Shown here piece after piece: positions 57,817-64,000 of a DNA stretch of 64,000 nt. Below the pieces are notes generated by a model, which saw only the letters and a list, made by a program, of their open reading frames with translations, had not been told where the DNA came from and did not search any database. Each line of letters starts with the position of its first letter. Positions within the stretch are counted from its first letter, which is position 1. The DNA is taken from positions 1-64,000 of the forward strand of contig JBAXAI010000020.1 of assembly GCA_037142615.1 (NCBI GenBank), written 5' to 3'. A program made the position numbers and the translations under genes. The DNA is from Spirochaetales bacterium. Its GTDB lineage: Bacteria > Spirochaetota > Spirochaetia > JABEVK01.

Positions 57817-59247
57817 ATGGTCAAAAAGCAGACGAAAATCGTTGCGACGATTTCCGACCTGATGTGTGACGAGGCTCACATCAAGGCCCTCTACGAAGCG
57901 GGCGTGAACGTGGTGCGCCTGAATACCGCTCACCAGAAAGAAGACGATACCCTCAAGGTGATCAAGAGCGTCCGCAACGTGTCGGACAAGTTGGCTCTTT
58001 TGCTCGATACCAAGGGACCTGAGGTCCGCACCGCCGAAATCGCCGAGCCGATCGAGGTGACCGAAGGCGAGACCATCCGCATCTACAAGGGCGCCGTTCC
58101 CGCCGGCCAAAAGGGCTTTCAAACCAATTACGACGGTTTTGTGAAAGAAGTGGCCGTTGGCGCGCGCGTGCTCATCGACGACGGCGAAACCGGCATGACC
58201 GTCACCGGCAAGGGCACTGACTACCTCGAGCTGAAAATCGGCAACAGCGGCAAGATTAAGAACCGCAAGTCGATCAACGCCCCCGACACGCAACTCACCC
58301 TGCCGTCGATCACCGAAAAGGACCGCAACTACCTCAAGTTTGCCGCCGAGAACGACCTCGACTTTGTCGCCCACTCGTTTGTACGCAGCAAGCAGGACGT
58401 GTTGGACGTGCAGACCATTCTCGACCAGTACGGCTCCAAGGCCAAAATCATCGCCAAGATCGAGAACATGGAAGGCGTCAAGAACATCGACGAGATCCTC
58501 GACGTCGCCTACGGCGTCATGGTGGCCCGTGGCGACCTCGGCATCGAAGTTCCCGCAGAAGAAGTCCCTGTGTACCAAAAGATGATGATCCGCAAGTGCA
58601 TCGCCCGGGGCAAGCCCGTCATCACGGCCACCCAGATGCTGCACACCATGATCGAAAACCCCCGCCCCACCCGTGCCGAAGTCAGCGACGTGGCCAACGC
58701 CGTGTTCGACGGCACCGACGCGCTGATGCTCAGCGGCGAAACCGCTTACGGCAAGTACCCCCTCGAAGCGGTGGGGACCATGGCCCGCATCGCCATGCAG
58801 ATCGAAAAGGTGAAGGAAAAGGTGCGGGCCCACGGCGCGTATGCCACCGACAACCCCATCCGCGACTACCTGGCCCAGGCTGCCATCCAAGCCATCGAGA
58901 CCTTGCCCATCAAGGCCGTGGTTTGCGACACCCAGAGCGGTCGCTCGGCCCGCATCATTTCGACCTACCGCGCCGATGTGCCGCTGTACGTCAAGGCCCA
59001 CGACGCCCGCGTGGTGCGCCAGTTGGCCCTGAGCTACGGCGTCGAGGCCGAGTACATGCCCCTGCCCAAGAACACCAACGACCTCATTGTGCAGTCGCTG
59101 CAGAGCTTGCTCGACGAAAAGGCCCTCAAGAAAGACGACCTGGTCGTGATTCTCGCCGGTGCCGCCGGCCACGATGGGGGCTCGAACATCCTCGAGATCA
59201 ATACCGTCGAGAAAAGTCTGCGGGGTCGAACCGAAGGGTATTGCTGA
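57817..59247 (+). CDS. pyk: Pyruvate kinase
   Basis: TKIVATI, DTKGPEVRT, AKIEN, MVARGDLG, LMLSGETA. Confidence 0.97.
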   Translation: MVKKQTKIVATISDLMCDEAHIKALYEAGVNVVRLNTAHQKEDDTLKVIKSVRNVSDKLALLLDTKGPEVRTAEIAEPIEVTEGETIRIYKGAVPAGQKGFQTNYDGFVKEVAVGARVLIDDGETGMTVTGKGTDYLELKIGNSGKIKNRKSINAPDTQLTLPSITEKDRNYLKFAAENDLDFVAHSFVRSKQDVLDVQTILDQYGSKAKIIAKIENMEGVKNIDEILDVAYGVMVARGDLGIEVPAEEVPVYQKMMIRKCIARGKPVITATQMLHTMIENPRPTRAEVSDVANAVFDGTDALMLSGETAYGKYPLEAVGTMARIAMQIEKVKEKVRAHGAYATDNPIRDYLAQAAIQAIETLPIKAVVCDTQSGRSARIISTYRADVPLYVKAHDARVVRQLALSYGVEAEYMPLPKNTNDLIVQSLQSLLDEKALKKDDLVVILAGAAGHDGGSNILEINTVEKSLRGRTEGYC

Positions 59248-59279
59248 ACTGAAGCGTCGGTCAGAGAGGAGGCAGCCTG

Positions 59280-61721
59280 ATGCTGAATTGTGTCTTTTTC
59301 CAAAAGTCGGGGCCTGCCTCCCTGTTCCTCCTTTTCTGCGTGGCTCTGCCTTTGACGGCCGACGGTCGCGCCGCGCTGGTGATCGGCAACAGTGCCTACG
59401 CCAGCAACGCGCTGACCAACCCGGTCAATGATGCCACCGACATCGCCGCGGCTTTGAAAGGCCAGGGCTTCGAAGTGCAGTTGCGCACCGACGCCGACTA
59501 CGCTGGCATGGACGCCGCACTGGCCGACTTTGAAAAGGCGCTCAAGGGCAAAGATACCGCCCTCTTCTACTACGCCGGCCATGGCGTGCAGGCCGACGGC
59601 GAAAACTATCTGATTCCTGTCAAAGAAGATATCTCGAGCCTCGCGAAGGCCAAGAGCCGGGGAGTGCCCCTGGCCGACGTGCTGGCGCGCATCAAGGACT
59701 CCGGGGTTTCCACCGCGCTCATCTTTCTCGACGCGTGCCGCGACAATCCGTTTCCCGGCTCCAACCGGTCGGGCGCCAGAGGTCTGGCCGCCATCGCCGC
59801 CCCCCGCGACGTCGAGACCCTGATTGCCTATGCCACCCAGCCCGGTGATGTGGCCCAGGACGGGAGCGGCCGCAACGGTGTGTTCACCGCCGCCGTGCTC
59901 AAGAATCTGGGCACGCCGGGCAAAACCGTGGGCGAGGTGATGACCCAAGTGAAGGCCGATGTGAAGGCCGCGACCGGTGGCAAGCAGCAACCCCGCGTGG
60001 ACGATGGGCTGTCGCGGGCGGTCTACCTCAACGACCCCAGCCTCGCCTCGGCCCGTGCCCAGCTTGCCGCCGCCAAGAGCCAGAGCGAGCTGGCCGCGAT
60101 CGACAAGCAAATGAGCGACCTGCAGACCAAGTTGAACGCGGCCAAAACCAACGCCGAGAAGCAGAAACTTCAGGTCGAGCAACAGCGGCAACAGGCCCTT
60201 CAGGCCGCCATGAAGCTCGAAGCCGACAATCTGGCGGCCGAGGCTGCACGTCAGGCCCTGCTGGTGGCTCAGGCCCAACAGGCAGCACTTCAGCGGCAGC
60301 AGGCCGCGCTCGAGGCCCAACAGCAGCAGGACGCACTGGGCCAATTGGCAGCCAGCCGACGCGCCGAGCTGGAAAGGCTGTCTCAAAGCGCGGCCAGCGA
60401 AGATCCTGACATTTTGATCAACACGGTGGAGCGTTTGGAAGCGGCGCTCGCGGAGGTCGATGCACAGTTCGCTTCGGCCAAGGTGACCAGTCTGGCGGCG
60501 TCGAAAGCGGCCTACGAGAAGCAGGAAGCGTCACTTTCGGCCGAAAAGCCCAGCATCACCGAAAGCGACGCCGAGTTCTCCCAGCGGATGTCGCGCGAGC
60601 TCCAGGCCCGTCAAACGGCCCACGAGCGTGAGCTTGCCGACATCGTCAGTCGCGCCGAACTGCAAAGGCTGCTCCAGACCAAGAGCATCCGAACTCAGTA
60701 CGAAGCCACCAAGACCACCTTGTACGGCAGGACGTGGACCATCACCGGCCAAGCGCTCGAGGTGGTTGTCGGCGAGTTTGACCGCAACAGCAAGACTTGG
60801 CCGCTGACCGTGCTCAGTCGTGAACCTTCGCTGCCCTTTCTCCCCCGCACGTACGTGAAGGACCTGTCCCGGGCTCCGAACCCCGCTGGGGCCATTTTGG
60901 CGCTGGATGCCGCCGTCAAAGCCAACGCACTGGTAGCCGAGGCCGATTGGGGCATCACCGCCAAGTCGGGCACGAGCTACTCGGCGGTGCTGCGTCAACT
61001 TCGTGTTCGAAATCTGGCCACAGGCGAAGTCGTGGTGGCCTCCGACCAAACCGAACCAGTCTTCTCGTTCCTGCCAGGAGAGAGAACACAGCCCACCCTG
61101 GGTCGGCTGGTGGTCAAGTCCGGGAGCGAGGCCCTTTCCGCCATTGGCATCAACGGGCAATGGATTCAGGCGAGCAACCTGGATATCGAACTTCCGCCGC
61201 AGAACTACCAGCTCGATTTCAAGTGGCCCGGCGACTACGCCACGCGCCAAATTGTGCACATCACCCCCGGATCGTCGCCGGTACGGGCCAGCAAGCCCTC
61301 ACAGACACTGGCCACGCAGCTCAACCAACTGCAGCTCGAACGGGAGGCCGCCGAAAGTTCGCAAGCGTCGGTCAATAACCTGAGGGGCTTTTGGAGTTGG
61401 CGCGACAAGCCCGAGAATATTCTCGGTGTTCTCGTCTACGGTACGCTGGGCTATGGGGTCCTATGGTGGCCCGCGGTAATTCCCTACGGGCTCGCTCTTA
61501 TGTCGCGAATGTCGAGTGCGCCGGCAACGCTGGCCGAGGCACGAGCGACCCTCGCCACCGACAAGGCCCTGTTCGTGGGTGCGCAGGTCACCGCCGCAAT
61601 CATCGATGCGCTGTATGTTTTCGCGCTCGCTGGCGACCTCGTGCTCCCCTCTGCGCGGTCCTTTTCCGACAGACTGTCGGACCTCGACACTCGAATCGCA
61701 AACCTCGAGGCGCTCCGATGA
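59280..61721 (+). CDS. Caspase-family (peptidase C14) protein with coiled coil and C-terminal TM region
   Basis: ALVIGNSAY, YAGHG, DACR; Gln/Ala-rich coiled coil. Confidence 0.88.
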   Translation: MLNCVFFQKSGPASLFLLFCVALPLTADGRAALVIGNSAYASNALTNPVNDATDIAAALKGQGFEVQLRTDADYAGMDAALADFEKALKGKDTALFYYAGHGVQADGENYLIPVKEDISSLAKAKSRGVPLADVLARIKDSGVSTALIFLDACRDNPFPGSNRSGARGLAAIAAPRDVETLIAYATQPGDVAQDGSGRNGVFTAAVLKNLGTPGKTVGEVMTQVKADVKAATGGKQQPRVDDGLSRAVYLNDPSLASARAQLAAAKSQSELAAIDKQMSDLQTKLNAAKTNAEKQKLQVEQQRQQALQAAMKLEADNLAAEAARQALLVAQAQQAALQRQQAALEAQQQQDALGQLAASRRAELERLSQSAASEDPDILINTVERLEAALAEVDAQFASAKVTSLAASKAAYEKQEASLSAEKPSITESDAEFSQRMSRELQARQTAHERELADIVSRAELQRLLQTKSIRTQYEATKTTLYGRTWTITGQALEVVVGEFDRNSKTWPLTVLSREPSLPFLPRTYVKDLSRAPNPAGAILALDAAVKANALVAEADWGITAKSGTSYSAVLRQLRVRNLATGEVVVASDQTEPVFSFLPGERTQPTLGRLVVKSGSEALSAIGINGQWIQASNLDIELPPQNYQLDFKWPGDYATRQIVHITPGSSPVRASKPSQTLATQLNQLQLEREAAESSQASVNNLRGFWSWRDKPENILGVLVYGTLGYGVLWWPAVIPYGLALMSRMSSAPATLAEARATLATDKALFVGAQVTAAIIDALYVFALAGDLVLPSARSFSDRLSDLDTRIANLEALR

Positions 61722-62350
61722 TCCCGAGAGTGCTGGCTCCCATCGCAGGACTGGTGGGCCTGCTACTGGCCCAATCGTGCAGCCTGGGAATCCTGTTCTT
61801 CTCAAATGACACCTACAATCACCTGATTGAATCCACTTATGTGGGAAAGTACAAACTGGGCGACACGGGCCCGGCCGGCGGCTTGGTGTTCTACGACAAG
61901 GGCTCGGTTACAAACGGTTGGCAATACCTCGAGGCAGCTCCGTCCGACCTCGCCGCCACGGTGGCCTGGAGCACCCGTTGGACCCCCTCGGCCTCGAGTG
62001 ACCTGTCGAGTTCGGTGGGCGCGGGCAAAGCCAACACGAAGACGATCGTGAACTCACAATCGACCGGAGTGACGGCTGCTGAGCAGTGCACGCAACTGTC
62101 GGTGGGAGGCTTCGCAGACTGGTTCCTCCCCAGTAGGGATGAGTTGGCTGCCCTGTACTACGGCTTGGCTTCGCAGAAGTTGGGTAACTTCTCACCAAAG
62201 AGCTACTGGTCGTCCTCCTATTACACCAGTACCAGTAGCAGCAGCAGCAGCAGCACCGGAGCTTGGTTTCAGGACTTCAGCAGCGGTACCCAAGACCAAA
62301 ATAGCGCCACCAGCCTCGCTTACCTCGTCCGCCCCATCCGATCCTTCTAG
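61718..62350 (+). CDS. DUF1566-type lipoprotein
   Basis: Lipobox-like AQSC; GPAGGLVFY, YLEAAP, DWFLPS.DEL, YWSSS, VRPIRSF. Confidence 0.85.
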   Translation: MIPRVLAPIAGLVGLLLAQSCSLGILFFSNDTYNHLIESTYVGKYKLGDTGPAGGLVFYDKGSVTNGWQYLEAAPSDLAATVAWSTRWTPSASSDLSSSVGAGKANTKTIVNSQSTGVTAAEQCTQLSVGGFADWFLPSRDELAALYYGLASQKLGNFSPKSYWSSSYYTSTSSSSSSSTGAWFQDFSSGTQDQNSATSLAYLVRPIRSF

Positions 62351-62385
62351 CGCCAAAAAGTAGTATCTTGCGTTCAGGAGTTTCC

Positions 62386-62904
62386 ATGAAAGTTGTCTTT
62401 GCGCTTTTTACCTTGTTCGCCACGTTGCTGGCAGCCCCACTTTCGGCGCAGGAGGCCGTCGCGGCTTCCGACGTCCCCGCGCCGACCAACCTCCTTGCCG
62501 ATGCAGCCGAGTTCGTCAAATCCACCCACCTGCACCAGATCGCGGGCGGCACGACCATCCTCCTGGCCGGCGCCACCGGAGTTGCTGGGGTGGCTTCGGC
62601 CCTTGATTGGGACGTGCCAGGGGGCTGGGTGACGCACAAAGCGCTGGCCGGAGGCACCATTCTAGCTGGTGCAGGCACCTTGGCGCTGGGTTTGACCGCC
62701 TATTCCGACCGCCTGGACGAGGTGTGGCCCCACGCCGCGCTGATGGGTCTGGCCGAGCTCGGCTGGATTGTATCGGCAAGCCTTGCCGACACCGAGGCAG
62801 GCCCCAACCCGCAAGGCGTCCTGGTCCACCGTGTCGCCGAAGGCGTCTCGACCGCCAGCCTCATCGCCGGCCTAGCCGCCATGATCCTGATCAACCTGCA
62901 GTAG
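62386..62904 (+). CDS. Hypothetical membrane protein with a His at the start of each TM
   Basis: Signal peptide; LHQ, THK, PHA, VHR precede four hydrophobic helices. Confidence 0.72.
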   Translation: MKVVFALFTLFATLLAAPLSAQEAVAASDVPAPTNLLADAAEFVKSTHLHQIAGGTTILLAGATGVAGVASALDWDVPGGWVTHKALAGGTILAGAGTLALGLTAYSDRLDEVWPHAALMGLAELGWIVSASLADTEAGPNPQGVLVHRVAEGVSTASLIAGLAAMILINLQ

Positions 62905-62983
62905 CCCCCAGCCTGTGAGGACCGAACGAGATCGCGACGCGGCCCCGAGTCGCCGCAGTAGCTCCCGGCCCAGTTTGGGCCCG

Positions 62984-64000
62984 TCAGGCGTCGCGTTCTA
63001 CTCGGAAGTTGGAGACCAGCTCGCCCAGATGCTGCGCCAGGTTGGCTAGTTCCTCGGCCGAGCTCGAGCTCTCCTCGGCACCGGCCGCGTTGGCTTGGGT
63101 CACCTGGTCGATCTGGTCGAGGCCCGCGTTCACCTGCGAAAGGGCCATCGCCTGTTCCTGCGCTGAGGTCGCCGTCTCGGTGACAATCTGGTACAGCTTT
63201 TCGGAGTCTTCGAGAATAGACTGGAACAGCGCCATCGTTGTTTCGGCCTGCTTCTTGCCGCTTTGCACCGCCCCGAACGAGGCGTCAACCATGCCGGTGG
63301 TCTCGACAACCGACTGGCCGCTGCGGTTGGCCAGCGAGCGCACTTCATCGGCCACCACGCTGAAGCCCTTGCCCGCCGAACCGGCCCGGGCGGCTTCGAT
63401 GCTCGCGTTCAGGCTGAGCACATTGGTCTGGAAGGCGATGTCGTCGATAGTCTTGACGATGGCCTTGATGGACCGGAACGACTCGTAGATTTTTTCCATC
63501 GAGTCACGCAGTTGTTCCATTTCGGCGTAGCCGGTGCGAGAACGTTGCAAGGCCCGCTGCGACAATTCTTTGCCTGTGCTGGCTTTGGTGAAGTTCTCTT
63601 TGGACTGTGCCTGAATGAGCCCCAGCGACGAGTTGATTTCTTGCACCGACGCGGCTTGTTCCACGGTACCACTGGCCAGCGAACGTCCCGCATCATTGAG
63701 CGCGCCGGCGCCGGTGGTGACCTTGGCCACCACTTCGGTGATCTGAAGCAGAAGTGTGCGCAAGGACGCCTGCATGCGCGCCAGGCTGTTGCCAAACTCG
63801 TCGGCCTCATTCACCTCGCCCAGTTCGACCGTGAGGTCCCCCTTCGAAATGGAATCGAGGAAGTCGGCCCGGTTCTTGAGCGACGAACGCATGGCGTTGA
63901 GGCTATTGGCCAACGCGCCCACTTCATCGCGGCGGTCAAAGGTCAGGCTGTCGGTCAGGACCCCCTGCTCGACCTTGCGGGCCAACGCGGCGCACGCCTG
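62984..64000 (-). CDS. Methyl-accepting chemotaxis protein (5' end outside window)
   Basis: HAMP domains; [32 protein letters not shown]. Confidence 0.93.
   Translation of the reverse strand, partial: QACAALARKVEQGVLTDSLTFDRRDEVGALANSLNAMRSSLKNRADFLDSISKGDLTVELGEVNEADEFGNSLARMQASLRTLLLQITEVVAKVTTGAGALNDAGRSLASGTVEQAASVQEINSSLGLIQAQSKENFTKASTGKELSQRALQRSRTGYAEMEQLRDSMEKIYESFRSIKAIVKTIDDIAFQTNVLSLNASIEAARAGSAGKGFSVVADEVRSLANRSGQSVVETTGMVDASFGAVQSGKKQAETTMALFQSILEDSEKLYQIVTETATSAQEQAMALSQVNAGLDQIDQVTQANAAGAEESSSSAEELANLAQHLGELVSNFRVERDA

Noticed and set aside
62234-62254. (AGC)n microsatellite as a phase-variation switch
   Set aside because: Short in-frame triplet repeat encoding a poly-Ser loop; cannot shift the frame

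Overview
GC-rich bacterial chromosome segment, most likely a free-living spirochaete (class I LysRS, FabV/Ter enoyl reductase, spirochaete-style CheY and MCPs; taxonomy is inference). Most of the window is housekeeping, transport and signalling genes (era, rpiA, lysS, fabV, cheY, dcd, clpB, pyk, lactate permease, P-type ATPase, ABC systems). The standout region is a ~7.7 kb all-minus-strand island with no integrase, between the 3' end of lysS (14813) and ~7080. It carries a decayed Uma2 nuclease, ccdAB, two intact Uma2 nucleases differing mainly in one 10-residue block, a SIMPL gene, hicAB with a deleted toxin, an MmeI-like type IIL R-M gene with an in-frame palindromic insertion, and two brnTA pairs. 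The island holds two unexplained repeat families: (1) two paralogous promoter-to-terminator units of ~100-120 nt that look like structured small RNAs and bracket the Uma2 pair; (2) a ~48-bp leader shared by unrelated genes (brnT and uma2). Other oddities: an in-frame UGA with a weak SECIS-like hairpin in a phosphotransferase gene, a symmetric bidirectional leaderless promoter, many apparently leaderless genes, a degenerate diadenylate-cyclase-domain protein, and a glycosyltransferase-methyltransferase fusion. No rRNA, tRNA or CRISPR array was recognised. All alignments and folds were done by eye.
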